Shown in pieces: positions 44,198-54,752 of a DNA stretch of 62,526 nt. The notes beneath the pieces are model-generated. The model was not told where the DNA came from. It worked only from the letters and a program-made list of their open reading frames with translations, and ran no database searches. How positions within the stretch are numbered: position 1 is the first letter of the stretch; each line of letters starts with the position of its first letter. Position numbers and translations under genes: made by a program. Source of the DNA: an uncultured Candidatus Saccharibacteria bacterium (lineage in GTDB: Bacteria; Patescibacteriota; Minisyncoccia; JBAYJV01); contig CAYNNF010000005.1 of the NCBI GenBank assembly GCA_964398685.1, forward strand, positions 1 to 62,526. Direction: 5' to 3'.

Positions 44198-45210
44198 AGA
44201 TTTTGTACCACATAAAACAACCCAGAGGCATGGGAGCCCATCGATTTATATATGATGGATATAAAAATGCTTGGCAAGATTTGGGACATGAATTCTTGCC
44301 CCTTACAGATAAAGATAATTTAAAACAAAAACTCATTGGCACAAAGCCAGATCTATTTTTCGCATCACTTGACTACCTCCATTTCCCCCAAGATATTAAG
44401 ACAATTAAGAAAGCTCGTTCTTTGGGAATAAAGGTCTTTATGGGAGTCGGTCACTTATTTGACAGAGACCCAAATATTTTAAAAATTATGCAAGATCCTG
44501 AATTTGCCGATTTATATTACGGAGAAAAAGAGCCAGAATGTATGGCACATTTTAAAAAATTAATTGGCAAAGATTACCATACCATTGCTCACGCAGCTGA
44601 TAAATTGCATCATTTTCCTGTCGCCCCATCAAAAAAATATGCTTATGATATTGCCTTTCTCGGCGCAAAATTACCCATGAAAAAATGGTTTTTTGATGAA
44701 ATACTAATTCCTTTAACCAAAAAGTACAAAGTTGGAATATTCGGACCATATTGGACAATTAAAGATAATTTTCTGAGAGCCATACAAGCGGGAACAAGAA
44801 AAATAAAATTAGCTCGCACTTCTGATTTTATAAACAAACTGAGAATCACTCTGCCAATTGAAGATGAGTCGCTACTGTATTCATCAGCAAAAATTTCCCT
44901 TAACTTCCACGAGAGAGAATCTGACGGAAGCCAACCAAACTATATTTTAAACCAAAGAACTTTTAAAATTCCCGCTTGTGGCGGATTTGAGATTTGTGAT
45001 GATGTGCCAGCGCTCAGAAAATATTTTAAAGAAGATGAAATGGTCATAGCTAAGCTCAGCGCAAAAGAATGGTTTGAGAAAATTGATTATTATTTGACCC
45101 ACGATAAAGAAAGAGAAAAAATAAAAAAAGCCGGAACTAAAAGAGCGCTTAAAGATCACACATATCACAACAGAGTTGAACAAATTATTAAAATGTATAA
45201 AACAATATGA
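44194..45210 (+). CDS. CgeB-like glycosyltransferase (Glyco_trans_1_2-type)
   Basis: The C-terminal block ISLNFHE...NQRTFKIPACGGFEICDD...EREKIKKAGTKRALKDHTYHNRVEQI resembles CgeB/spore-maturation-type GTs. Confidence 0.55.
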   Translation: MKILYHIKQPRGMGAHRFIYDGYKNAWQDLGHEFLPLTDKDNLKQKLIGTKPDLFFASLDYLHFPQDIKTIKKARSLGIKVFMGVGHLFDRDPNILKIMQDPEFADLYYGEKEPECMAHFKKLIGKDYHTIAHAADKLHHFPVAPSKKYAYDIAFLGAKLPMKKWFFDEILIPLTKKYKVGIFGPYWTIKDNFLRAIQAGTRKIKLARTSDFINKLRITLPIEDESLLYSSAKISLNFHERESDGSQPNYILNQRTFKIPACGGFEICDDVPALRKYFKEDEMVIAKLSAKEWFEKIDYYLTHDKEREKIKKAGTKRALKDHTYHNRVEQIIKMYKTI

Positions 45211-45386
45211 TTAAATTTACGAAACACGCGATTGAAAGAATTAAGCAAGACGGGATTAAGCAATCTTATTTTAGACTCGGCAGAAGATCTGCTCAAAGCT
45301 ATCTGAGACTAAAAAAGAACATCATAGTTAAATCAATTAAAATTTTCCGATCTAAGAGGGGGGGTATGTTGTCAAAAAAGTATTAA
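45207..45386 (+). pseudogene. 5' fragment of an FkbM-family methyltransferase gene, out of frame with 45479-46186 at a G7 tract
   Basis: Its ATG overlaps the upstream stop (ATGA at 45207-45210). The frame ends ...FRSKRGGMLSKKY* shortly after the G7 run. One extra G would join it to the frame encoding GGGYVVKKVLNNKFILNLKDKGIT...GDIVIDIGANIGYY. Confidence 0.65.
45358..45364 (+). repeat. Poly-G tract (7 G) at a frameshift point
   Basis: ctaagaGGGGGGGtatg. A homopolymeric G run in an AT-rich genome, located exactly where the two reading frames of the FkbM gene meet. Confidence 0.9.
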
Positions 45387-45478
45387 ATAATAAATTCATT
45401 TTAAACTTAAAAGACAAGGGAATAACTTGCGACCTTCTTTTATCCGGTATTCGCGAACCCTTCTCAACTAAAACAGTT

Positions 45479-46186
45479 ATGAAAGAAATTAAAAAGGGGG
45501 ATATAGTTATCGATATTGGAGCGAATATAGGATATTACGCTCTTATGGAAGCTAATCTTGTTGGTAGTAAGGGAAAAATATATGCCATTGAGCCTGTTCC
45601 TCAAAATTTCAAACTTCTAGAACACAATATTGCTCTGAATAACTACACAAATATAGAAACTTTCAATTTAGCTATTGGCGCAAAGAATATGATAAACCCC
45701 ATATATTTAACTCCTCATTGCAACTGCTGTTCAATGATAAAAGATGAATCAAAAATTACTGAAAAAATAATGGTAAAAACCGTAATCTTAGACAAGTTTT
45801 TGAAAGATAAACCCACACCAAATTTTATTCGTATGGATACAGAAGGTTATGAATTTGAAATCATTCAGGGTATGAAAAAAACATTAGCCGTTAAAAAACC
45901 ACTTAGAATTTTTATAGAAATACATCCTACAATCATTAAAAACAAGGTCGTAGAATTATTAGATATTTTGGAGCAACATGGGTTTGAGGTAAAAAGAGCC
46001 GCTTGGGAAATGGATCCACTCTTAATTAGGGAAGTTGGATTGGTCAAAATAATTTATAATTATTTTTCATCAAAAATTAATTCTCCTAATTTACATCCCG
46101 GTTATTTTAATACAAACATAAAAGAGCTTAAAAAAATTCTAATAAAATCTGAGTCTGCTTGTCATGTATTCTTTGAAAAAAAATAG
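45479..46186 (+). CDS. FkbM-family SAM-dependent methyltransferase (catalytic part; frame open from 45356)
   Basis: It has DIGANIGYYAL (motif I) and RMDTEGYEFEI, the FkbM signature. Confidence 0.75.
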   Translation: MKEIKKGDIVIDIGANIGYYALMEANLVGSKGKIYAIEPVPQNFKLLEHNIALNNYTNIETFNLAIGAKNMINPIYLTPHCNCCSMIKDESKITEKIMVKTVILDKFLKDKPTPNFIRMDTEGYEFEIIQGMKKTLAVKKPLRIFIEIHPTIIKNKVVELLDILEQHGFEVKRAAWEMDPLLIREVGLVKIIYNYFSSKINSPNLHPGYFNTNIKELKKILIKSESACHVFFEKK

Positions 46187-46189
46187 TCT

Positions 46190-46879
46190 ATGAGCTTACA
46201 AAACAAAAAAACAAAACTAAGGCAGATTTTAAGAAAGCTTATTAGTAAAGTTTTAGAAGAACGCCTTAATCGTACTTTCGTAAGGTTGGATAAAAACATA
46301 CTCCGACTATCCAAGAAACTTATTAATTATAAAATCATCGCCCTTAATTATCATGAAATACAAATACTATTTCAGTTGATTGGCTTAATCAATAATATAA
46401 AGGGAGATATAGCAGAATTAGGAGTCTATAGGGGGGGAAGTGCAAAAGTTATATGCGAAGCAAGAACGAAAAATAAAACACTACACTTATTCGATACTTT
46501 TGACGGTATGCCTACCCCGAGCGAGATAGATAATGATATTTTTTACAAAGGATCTTTTACTACAAATCTTACAACAGTAAAAAAATTATTAAAGCGACAC
46601 AAACAAATTAAGTATCACATCGGTGTTTTCCCGGAAACAGCCAAAGAAGTAGGTAAAATAAAATTTTCTTTCGTTCATTTAGATGCTGATATTTATGAAA
46701 GCACGAAATCTGGACTTGAGTTTTTCTGGCCGAAAATAAATAAAGGTGGCATTGTTTTAATTCATGACTATCCTTGCGCCCTTGGTGTTAAAAAAGCTGT
46801 TGAAGAATTTTTTCAAGATAAACCTGAGTATATTATCAGAATCTCTCATCATCAAGCATTAATTGTTAAATTTTTATAA
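46190..46879 (+). CDS. TylF/MycF-family (macrocin-type) O-methyltransferase
   Basis: GDIAELGVYRGGSAKVI, LFDTFDGMP and VHLDADIYESTKSGLEFFWPKINKGGIVLIHDY are TylF-class blocks. Confidence 0.75.
   Translation: MSLQNKKTKLRQILRKLISKVLEERLNRTFVRLDKNILRLSKKLINYKIIALNYHEIQILFQLIGLINNIKGDIAELGVYRGGSAKVICEARTKNKTLHLFDTFDGMPTPSEIDNDIFYKGSFTTNLTTVKKLLKRHKQIKYHIGVFPETAKEVGKIKFSFVHLDADIYESTKSGLEFFWPKINKGGIVLIHDYPCALGVKKAVEEFFQDKPEYIIRISHHQALIVKFL
46431..46437 (+). repeat. Second poly-G tract (7 G), currently in frame
   Basis: tataGGGGGGGaag encodes the RGG of the SAM-binding loop GVYRGGS. Confidence 0.9.
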
Positions 46880-46942
46880 CACAGGAAAAAATAAATTCAG
46901 GTTTATTTATTATGTATTTTTTGAAAAAAATATTAATATTCT

Positions 46943-47869
46943 ATGAATTTGAAAAATAAAAAAATATTAGTTACTGGTGGCGCTGGCTTTATTGGCTCTC
47001 ATACAGTTGACGCTTTAATAAAAAAAGGTGCGAGAGTTGTTGTCGTTGATAATTTGTCAACCGGCAGAAAAGAAAACCTAAATCCTGCCGCAAAATTTTA
47101 TAAGCTAAATATCAATAGTCCAAAAATAGAAGAAATTATTAAAAAAGAAAAACCGGAAATCATTTATCATTTTGCCTTTTATGTTAAGGTTCCAAAATCA
47201 GTTCAAGACCCCATGCTTGATATGGATTGCCTTATCGGTTCGATAAGAATTTTAAAAGCAGCGAGAGAGTTAAAGAATTTTAAAAAATTTATTTTCGCTT
47301 CATCCGGATTCCTTTACAAAGACAGCAAAAATCTTTCCATACAAGAAGGCGCTCCAATAGATCCAATATCTCCTTATATTATTGCCAAGCGGGCTGTTGA
47401 AGATTATGTCGGTTTCTTTAAAAACGCCTTTGGCGTACCTTATGTAGTTATGCGCTATACGACTACTTACGGCCCTCGCCAGACAACCGGCGCTATGGCA
47501 GATTATATTAAAAAGTTATCACAGGGAAAACAGGCTGAAATTTGGGGGGACGGAACAAAGATTAGAGATTATCTTTATGTCAAGGACGCAGTCCGCGCAA
47601 ATCTCAAGGCGCTTAATATAAAAAACGATTATCCTAATCCTGTTTTTAATGTCAGTACAGGTATTGAAACTACATTAAACGACCTTTATCATAAGATTGC
47701 GCGCCTTTTAGGAAAAAAAGCTAAACCGATTTATTATCCTGATAGACCGAGCGAACGAATGCGCTGCGCTCCCGACGCATCAAAAATTAAAGAAGAATTA
47801 GGATGGAAACCGACAGTTTCGTTAGATGAAGGACTTATTAAGCTGCTCAAGTTTTGGCATTTGCTCTAA
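46943..47869 (+). CDS. NAD-dependent nucleotide-sugar epimerase/dehydratase (GalE-like extended SDR)
   Basis: It has ILVTGGAGFIGSH and the catalytic YxxxK (SPYIIAKRA). Confidence 0.75.
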   Translation: MNLKNKKILVTGGAGFIGSHTVDALIKKGARVVVVDNLSTGRKENLNPAAKFYKLNINSPKIEEIIKKEKPEIIYHFAFYVKVPKSVQDPMLDMDCLIGSIRILKAARELKNFKKFIFASSGFLYKDSKNLSIQEGAPIDPISPYIIAKRAVEDYVGFFKNAFGVPYVVMRYTTTYGPRQTTGAMADYIKKLSQGKQAEIWGDGTKIRDYLYVKDAVRANLKALNIKNDYPNPVFNVSTGIETTLNDLYHKIARLLGKKAKPIYYPDRPSERMRCAPDASKIKEELGWKPTVSLDEGLIKLLKFWHLL

Positions 47870-47905
47870 AGAAAAATCAATTTTTTAACATAAATAAACA
47901 TATAT

Positions 47906-49003
47906 ATGAAAAAAGCTTTAATTACCGGCATTACAGGACAAGACGGCTCGTATCTCGCCGAATTCCTTTTAGACAAAGGGTATACAGTTTATGGAATCAA
48001 GCGCCGTTCTTCTTCTTTTAATACGGCGCGGATTGACCACATCTATCAAGACCCCCATGAAAGAAAAAAAAGACTGATCCTTTATTATGGAGACATCACA
48101 GATATGGCAAATATTATTAATATTGTTCAGCAAGTTAAGCCAGATGAGATTTACAATCTTTCTGCCCAAAGCCACGTTAAAGTTTCCTATGAAACGCCGC
48201 TTTATACAACCGACACTGATGCTCTTGGAACATTAAGAATTTTAGAAGCTATTCACATATTGGGGCTTGAAGATAAAACCAAATTTTATCAAGCATCTAC
48301 CAGTGAAATGTTTTCGGGCGATCCGAAAGAAATTCCTCAAAATGAAAAAACGCCTTTTCATCCTCGCAGCCCTTACGGAGTTGCTAAGTTATACGCCCAT
48401 TGGATAACAGTTAATTATAGGGAAGCATACAATATCTTTGCCTGTTCTGGGATATGTTTCAATCACGAAAGTTCCCGCAGAGGAGAGACATTTGTTACTC
48501 GAAAAATTACCAGGGCGGCTTCAAGAATTAGTCTCGGTCTCCAAGATAAGCTCTATTTGGGCAACTTAAACAGTAAAAGAGACTGGGGCCATGCCAAAGA
48601 TTATGTCAAGGCAATGTGGCTCATTCTTCAGCAAAAAAAACCAGACGATTATGTTATCGCCACTGGTAAACAACATTCAGTAAGATATTTTTGCGAAACT
48701 GCTTTTCGAGAGCTTGGCATTGAGCTCAAATGGCAAGGCAAGGGAGTAGACGAAAAAGGAATAGATAAAAAAACAAAAAAAGTTTTAATAGAAATTGACC
48801 AAAGACAATTCCGTCCCGCCGAAGTAGATTCATTAATGGGAAATAGCGCTAAGGCAAGGCAAAGGTTAGGATGGCAGCCCGAAATAAATTTCAAGGAATT
48901 GGTAAAAGAAATGGTTGGCGCTGATTTGGAAGAAGCAAAAAAAGATGTTCATTTAACAAATGGAGGATTTAAGATTAAAAGTAATTTTGAACAATATGAT
49001 TAA
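47906..49003 (+). CDS. gmd: GDP-mannose 4,6-dehydratase
   Basis: [47 protein letters not shown]... and [18 protein letters not shown] are highly characteristic Gmd blocks. Confidence 0.9.
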   Translation: MKKALITGITGQDGSYLAEFLLDKGYTVYGIKRRSSSFNTARIDHIYQDPHERKKRLILYYGDITDMANIINIVQQVKPDEIYNLSAQSHVKVSYETPLYTTDTDALGTLRILEAIHILGLEDKTKFYQASTSEMFSGDPKEIPQNEKTPFHPRSPYGVAKLYAHWITVNYREAYNIFACSGICFNHESSRRGETFVTRKITRAASRISLGLQDKLYLGNLNSKRDWGHAKDYVKAMWLILQQKKPDDYVIATGKQHSVRYFCETAFRELGIELKWQGKGVDEKGIDKKTKKVLIEIDQRQFRPAEVDSLMGNSAKARQRLGWQPEINFKELVKEMVGADLEEAKKDVHLTNGGFKIKSNFEQYD

Positions 49004-49928
49004 TTTGGCTAAAAAGAAAATTTTAATCACCGGCGCTCATGGCTTTCTGGGAAAAGAGTTAGCTAAATTACTGCTGGCTAAAAAAGTCCCAAAAAAAAAT
49101 CTATTTTTGCCAACAGCAAAAGATTTAGATTTAAGAAAATGGGGAAACTGCCAAAAGGCGGTCAGGAACCAAGAAATTGTTATTCACCTTGCCGCAAAAG
49201 TTGGCGGCATTGGATTTAATCAAGAAAATCCAGGAGAGCTATTCTACGATAATGCCATAATGGGCATCCAGTTAATGGAAGCGGCTCGAAAAGCAGGTAT
49301 TGAAAAATTTGTCGCCATAGGCACGATTTGCTGCTACCCCAAATTTACTCCTGTGCCTTTTAAAGAAGAAAAAATCTGGGATGGCTATCCTGAAGAAACA
49401 AATGCTCCCTACGGTTTGGCAAAAAAAATGCTTTTAGTCCAATCTCAGGCCTATAGATCGCAATACGGATTTAATTCAATTTTTTTGATGCCTGTTAATA
49501 TGTATGGTCCAGGTGATAATTTTGATCCCAAAAGCTCTCATGTTATCCCCGCGATTATTAAAAAATGTTTAGACGCCAAAAAGGATAATGAAAAAGAGGT
49601 GGTTCTCTGGGGAAGCGGAAAAGCGACAAGAGAATTTTTGTATATTGAAGATGCCGCAAAAGGAATTGTCCTTGCCACAAAAAAATATAACAAAACTGAT
49701 CCAATCAATTTAGGTTCTGGAAAAGAAATTTCAATTAAAAATCTTGCCCTTTTAATAAAAGAATTGACGGGCTTCAGTGGCAAAATAGTATGGAATAAGG
49801 CTAAGCCAGATGGCCAACCACGCCGGTGCCTTGATGTTAAAAAAGCAAAAGAAGAGTTTGGATTTGAAGCAAATACTGATTTTAAAAAGGGTCTTAAAAA
49901 AACTATTCAGTGGTATATAAATGACTAG
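48996..49928 (+). CDS. fcl: GDP-L-fucose synthase (GDP-4-keto-6-deoxymannose 3,5-epimerase/4-reductase)
   Basis: It has [36 protein letters not shown] and [12 protein letters not shown]. The start at MINLAKKK overlaps the gmd stop. The gmd-fcl order is canonical. Confidence 0.85.
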   Translation: MINLAKKKILITGAHGFLGKELAKLLLAKKVPKKNLFLPTAKDLDLRKWGNCQKAVRNQEIVIHLAAKVGGIGFNQENPGELFYDNAIMGIQLMEAARKAGIEKFVAIGTICCYPKFTPVPFKEEKIWDGYPEETNAPYGLAKKMLLVQSQAYRSQYGFNSIFLMPVNMYGPGDNFDPKSSHVIPAIIKKCLDAKKDNEKEVVLWGSGKATREFLYIEDAAKGIVLATKKYNKTDPINLGSGKEISIKNLALLIKELTGFSGKIVWNKAKPDGQPRRCLDVKKAKEEFGFEANTDFKKGLKKTIQWYIND

Positions 49929-50796
49929 TATGACTAAAATTTGTGCAGTAATCATCAGTTATAATCCCGACAAGCTTATTGAAAAATGCGCATTTTCTGT
50001 TGTTAGTCAGGTAGATAAATTATTGATTATAGATAATGGATCTAAAAAAGAAAAAATTGAGATTTTGAAACGACCAAAAAAAAAGTTCGAGAAAATAAAA
50101 CTAATATTAAATAAAGAAAATTTGGGTATAGCCACCGCCCTTAATCAGGGAGCAAGATATGCTATAAAAAACAAATACAACTGGCTCTTAACCCTTGATC
50201 AGGACAGCATCCTTGAAAAAGATATGATTAAAAAAATGTTAAATACCTATGGTCAACTAAGTCAGAAAGATAAAGAGAAAATTGGCATTTTGGCGCCAAA
50301 TTATAAAACTGCCAAGGGCTTAACTTATAAAGAAAAACCTGCTATACAAGTTGTACCAGTCGCTATTACTTCTGGTCAATTAGTCAAAATAAGTCTTTTT
50401 AAAAAGATTGGAAATTATAAAGATGATTTGTTCATAGAGTGTGTTGATAATGAATTTTGTCTAAGGGCTAAAAAAGAAGGTTACGAAACAATCATTATTT
50501 CTAGGGCAGTCCTCTCTCAAAAAATTGGCGACAATCCAAAAACAAAAAAATTGTTTGGCAAAAGGTTTATTGTTAGCGGTCATTCGCCCATTAGATTTTA
50601 TTATATTTTTAGAAATAGTATTTACTTATATAAAAAATTTTTTTTTAATTCTCCTAAATGGGTTTTTGGTAATATTTTTTCTAATACAAAATTAGTATTT
50701 AAAATAATCTTTTTTGAAGATAAAACTTTAAAAAAGATTTCCATGGCCTTAAAAGGGGTTGTTCATGGATTAGCAAATCATTATGGAAAATATTAA
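49921..50796 (+). CDS. Glycosyltransferase family 2 (rhamnosyltransferase-like)
   Basis: It has AVIISYNPD, IIDNGS and LTLDQDS (DxD-type). Confidence 0.75.
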   Translation: MTSMTKICAVIISYNPDKLIEKCAFSVVSQVDKLLIIDNGSKKEKIEILKRPKKKFEKIKLILNKENLGIATALNQGARYAIKNKYNWLLTLDQDSILEKDMIKKMLNTYGQLSQKDKEKIGILAPNYKTAKGLTYKEKPAIQVVPVAITSGQLVKISLFKKIGNYKDDLFIECVDNEFCLRAKKEGYETIIISRAVLSQKIGDNPKTKKLFGKRFIVSGHSPIRFYYIFRNSIYLYKKFFFNSPKWVFGNIFSNTKLVFKIIFFEDKTLKKISMALKGVVHGLANHYGKY

Positions 50797-50872
50797 GAAA
50801 CATAGGAACAGTGATCCAGATTTTATTTTATTTTATCGTCCTTCGTAAAAATGTTTAATTATAATCTTTATA

Positions 50873-51757
50873 ATGAAATCAAATAATTTATTAGAGGCAT
50901 GCATAATTTTAATTCAAAACCCAAAATTATTTTTAAGGTATGTAAATTACAAAATTAAACGAAAAAGTAAAAAATGGAAAAATGCCCCAACAAAAAAATT
51001 TAGAAAAATTATTGGCGGTATAAAAATCAATTATGATTTTAAAAATGTAGATTATGGAGAAATGTACCTTAAACAAATATACTTTGATGAATACGAAATG
51101 CCTGTTGTAGAAATGATTAAACGATATTTAAAGCCAGGCGATACATTCATTGATGTGGGTGCTAATATAGGATATATCACTGCAGTAGCCGCCAATGAAG
51201 TTGGGGAAAACGGCGAAGTACATACTTTTGAACCTGTACCAATTTACTTTCACTATCTAGAAAAAATAGCTATTTTTAATAAAAAATATAAGATTTTTAC
51301 CAACAAGGTCGCATTAGGGAACAAAAAACAAATAGCAAAAATGCAGATAACCCTTCCACCGCACACGGGTGGCAGCAGTTTGATTTTAAATAATTCAAGT
51401 GCCAAAATTACAAAAAAAATTATTAAAGTTCCAGTTGTAAGACTTGATGATTACATTAAAAATAATAGTTTAAGCAAAATTTCTTTGATAAAAATTGATG
51501 TAGAAGGATTTGAATTTCAAGTATTGCAAGGTCTCGAAAACTACCTAAATTCAAAAAATAAAAAACCTGTTATTATTATGGAATTTACACAGAATGTTTA
51601 TGGTTCTTCTATTGTTTTAAGAAATTTCGAAAACTTTATAACAAAACACGGCTACACCGCACGATCTATTTACAATTACAAAAAACATATAAATATTCGA
51701 CGAATTAAAAGAACTGGGGATATATTACTTGTACCAAACAATAAACTCATAATTTAA
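50873..51757 (+). CDS. FkbM-family methyltransferase (intact paralog)
   Basis: It has FIDVGANIGYITA and KIDVEGFEFQVL. Its N-terminal ~90 aa resemble the split gene at 45207-46186 in layout. Confidence 0.75.
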   Translation: MKSNNLLEACIILIQNPKLFLRYVNYKIKRKSKKWKNAPTKKFRKIIGGIKINYDFKNVDYGEMYLKQIYFDEYEMPVVEMIKRYLKPGDTFIDVGANIGYITAVAANEVGENGEVHTFEPVPIYFHYLEKIAIFNKKYKIFTNKVALGNKKQIAKMQITLPPHTGGSSLILNNSSAKITKKIIKVPVVRLDDYIKNNSLSKISLIKIDVEGFEFQVLQGLENYLNSKNKKPVIIMEFTQNVYGSSIVLRNFENFITKHGYTARSIYNYKKHINIRRIKRTGDILLVPNNKLII

Positions 51758-51766
51758 TAAATCATT

Positions 51767-52753
51767 ATGGAAAATAAGATGGCAAAAAATCCTTTGGTTT
51801 CTATTATTATCCCTGCGTATAATGCAGAAAATTATATCCGAAGAGCGATTGAAAGCGCACTTAATCAAACCTATAAAAATATAGAAATTTTTGTTATTGA
51901 TGATGGGTCAACCGACAATACGGCCAAGATTATTAAGTCTTACAAAGACCCACGACTCATTTATTTGTATCAGAAAAATCAGGGACAAGGAAGAGCGCGT
52001 AATTACGCTATCGGCAAAAGCAAAAGAGAGTACATTACATTTTTAGACGCTGATGATATTTATCTTCCGGAAAAAGTTGAAAAAGAAGTTCGGTTTTTAT
52101 TAGACAATCCTCGGTATCAAATTGCTTATTGCAATATGTTGCATTTTTATGCTGATAAGCCCGATCAGTTTTTTAGAAAAAAACATCCATACTATTCGGG
52201 AGATCTTTTGGATGATTTGTTAAATTCGGTTTTTTTAAACTTGAGCACAATAATGATCTCTCAAGAACTTTGGAAAAAAGTAGTTGGCGCATTGAACGAG
52301 AAAAAATATTATTCAGAAGATTGGGAAATGTTCCTAAAAATAGCAATTAATGGCTTTCTCTTCGGATATATAGATGAGGATTTAGTTAAAGTTGAGATTA
52401 GAAAAGACGGCAATACTAGATTAGAAAATCAATGGATGGTAAAAGAAAACGCTATAAAAATTTTAGAAAAGATCTACCCAAAAATTCCCAAAGAAAGAAT
52501 TAGAAAAAATCAAATGGAAAAAATCTTTAGAAAAATGGAGTTTAAACTTGCTATTGCTTATTTGTTGGTCGGAAAGAAAAAAGAATTTTATAAAACTTTT
52601 GTTAATTTATTGGCTCAGCCATTAAAAATTCTCCTTTATATTCCGGCAATAGTTTTAATTGCAATTCCTTCTTTTATTTTAAAGCCCCTTCTTAAAAAAA
52701 TATGGTTAATAAATCAGTTGCGTAATTCCTATTCAGAGAAAAATGAAAAATAA
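51767..52753 (+). CDS. Glycosyltransferase family 2
   Basis: VSIIIPAYNAENYIRRAIESALNQTYKNIEIFVIDDGSTD and FLDADD are classic GT2 motifs. Confidence 0.85.
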   Translation: MENKMAKNPLVSIIIPAYNAENYIRRAIESALNQTYKNIEIFVIDDGSTDNTAKIIKSYKDPRLIYLYQKNQGQGRARNYAIGKSKREYITFLDADDIYLPEKVEKEVRFLLDNPRYQIAYCNMLHFYADKPDQFFRKKHPYYSGDLLDDLLNSVFLNLSTIMISQELWKKVVGALNEKKYYSEDWEMFLKIAINGFLFGYIDEDLVKVEIRKDGNTRLENQWMVKENAIKILEKIYPKIPKERIRKNQMEKIFRKMEFKLAIAYLLVGKKKEFYKTFVNLLAQPLKILLYIPAIVLIAIPSFILKPLLKKIWLINQLRNSYSEKNEK

Positions 52754-53774
52754 CAAAAAACAAAATTCATTGCCATTGATTTCTGTGATAATGCCCGTTA
52801 GAAATGAAGAGAATTTTATCAAAAGTTGCGTAGAAAAAATCTTGTCTCAATCATACCCGCTAAATAAAATAGAGGTATTAGTTATAGATGGAATGAGCGA
52901 GGATAAAACTCGTACAAAAATTGAAGAACTTATCAAGACAAATTCCGGAACTAATATTAAAATTTTTGATAATCACAAAAAGGCAAGATCTTCTGCCTTA
53001 AATATTGGTATTAGAAATGCCAAGGGAGAAATTGTTATAAGAATAGACGCAAGGACAATTATCTCCAAAGATTATATTCGCAAATGTGTTATAACTCTAC
53101 TTAAAACTGGAGCCGATAATGTTGGGGGCATCCAGAGACCCATGCCAACCAAGGGAACGCAACAAGCCATAGGACTGGTCATGTCACATCCTTTTGGCGT
53201 AGGCAATGCCCAATTTCGTTTGGGCAAAAAAAGCAGTTTTGTGGATAGTGTTTATCTTGGCTGTTTCAAAAAAGATATTTTTAAAAAAATAGGGTTTTTT
53301 GATGAAAGTTCGGGCATTATTAGCGAGGATTCTGACATTAACTACCGCATTAAAAAAGCAGGCGGCAAGGTTTATTTAAACAAAGATGTTATTGCTTACT
53401 ATTATCCTAGAGATAATTTTAAGGATTTATGGAAACTTTATTTCCGTTATGGCGGATCCAGAGCAGGTAATTTTTACAAACATAAAGTTTTAAAAGCACG
53501 CCAATTTATTCCGCTTATATTTTTAATAAGTCTTGCGCTAACAGGCATTCTCTCTTTTTTCAGTTCATACTTTTTTATACTTTTCTGCATAATATTGATA
53601 AGTTATTTTGTAGCTGATTTCGTTTCATCATTATCTATTACTAGACGAATTAAAAACATTAAATTACTTCCAAGTCTATTCATCTCTTTTCCCTGTATGC
53701 ATTTTTCCTGGTCGCTGGGATTTATTACAAGATTATCTTTGGGACCATGTTATAAAAAAGATTGGAAATACTAA
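52743..53774 (+). CDS. Glycosyltransferase family 2 with C-terminal TM segments
   Basis: It has ISVIMPVRNEENFI, VIDGMSEDKT and RIDAR, plus C-terminal hydrophobic helices. Confidence 0.8.
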   Translation: MKNNKKQNSLPLISVIMPVRNEENFIKSCVEKILSQSYPLNKIEVLVIDGMSEDKTRTKIEELIKTNSGTNIKIFDNHKKARSSALNIGIRNAKGEIVIRIDARTIISKDYIRKCVITLLKTGADNVGGIQRPMPTKGTQQAIGLVMSHPFGVGNAQFRLGKKSSFVDSVYLGCFKKDIFKKIGFFDESSGIISEDSDINYRIKKAGGKVYLNKDVIAYYYPRDNFKDLWKLYFRYGGSRAGNFYKHKVLKARQFIPLIFLISLALTGILSFFSSYFFILFCIILISYFVADFVSSLSITRRIKNIKLLPSLFISFPCMHFSWSLGFITRLSLGPCYKKDWKY

Positions 53775-53816
53775 ACTCAAATTTTTATAATTTTAGTCAA
53801 ATAATTAATTACTAAT

Positions 53817-54749
53817 ATGAAAATTCTTATTACAGGGGTTGCTGGTTTTATCGGAAGCAACCTTGCTGATCGCTTAATCAAAGAAGGTCATCAGGTTGTT
53901 GGTATAGATAATCTTTCTTATGGTGTTAAGGAACAAGTGCCCAAAAAAGTTAAATTTCATAAATTAGATATCAGGTCAAAAAAAATTTATCCTTTGTTTA
54001 AAAACATAGATTTTGTTTTTCACTTAGCTGCTAAAAATTGCATTGCGGATTGTCAGGAAAATCCCGTCGAGACCTCAAGCATCAATGTCGCTGGCACTGT
54101 CAATGTTTTTGAAGCCTCAAGATGTTCTAAGGTTAAAAAAATAATTTACGCAGAATCAGCAGCAATTTACGAAGGAAGTAAAACACTGCCTACGCCAGAA
54201 TATGATGAAAAACCAGAAAGTTTTTACGCGATTAGCAAATTGTCTTCCGCTCTGTTCGCCAAAGCTTATAATCATTTTTACGGACTCAATTTTACCGCTC
54301 TTCGTTATTTCTGTGTTTACGGTCCCCGCCAAGATTACAGAAGAACCATTCCTCCAGTAATGAGCGCTTTTATCATTAAGCTCCTTAAGAATGAAAAGTC
54401 TATAATTTATGGATCAGGAAAGAAACGAAGAGATTTTATTCATATAGACGATATTAATGACTTTCATCTTCTCTGTATTAAAGACGCAAAAACTGATAAC
54501 AAAGTTTTTAATTTAGGTAATGGGAAAAGCTATTCAGTTTTAGAAATTTATGATATGGTCAGTAAGATATTAAAAAAGAATATCTCTCCAGTTTTTAAAA
54601 AGAATTTGCCGGGAGAAGCCCAGGAAACTTTGGCTGATATCCGCTTAGCTCAAAAAATTGGCTGGAAACCAAAAATAAATATTGAAACAGGCATCAAGGA
54701 TATGATTGAATATATTAAAGAAGAAATCAAAAAAAATAACATTAAATAA
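53817..54749 (+). CDS. NAD-dependent nucleotide-sugar epimerase/dehydratase
   Basis: It has ILITGVAGFIGSNL and YxxxK (SFYAISKLS). Confidence 0.75.
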   Translation: MKILITGVAGFIGSNLADRLIKEGHQVVGIDNLSYGVKEQVPKKVKFHKLDIRSKKIYPLFKNIDFVFHLAAKNCIADCQENPVETSSINVAGTVNVFEASRCSKVKKIIYAESAAIYEGSKTLPTPEYDEKPESFYAISKLSSALFAKAYNHFYGLNFTALRYFCVYGPRQDYRRTIPPVMSAFIIKLLKNEKSIIYGSGKKRRDFIHIDDINDFHLLCIKDAKTDNKVFNLGNGKSYSVLEIYDMVSKILKKNISPVFKKNLPGEAQETLADIRLAQKIGWKPKINIETGIKDMIEYIKEEIKKNNIK

Positions 54750-54752
54750 AAT

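Noticed and set aside
39778-45183. Numerous 60-96-aa antisense ORFs within the glycan locus (e.g. 39778..40068, 40222..40458, 40580..40828, 43310..43555, 44552..45183)
   Set aside because: All are antisense to genes with clear family signatures and consist of Phe/Ile/Lys-rich translations typical of AT-rich antisense frames.
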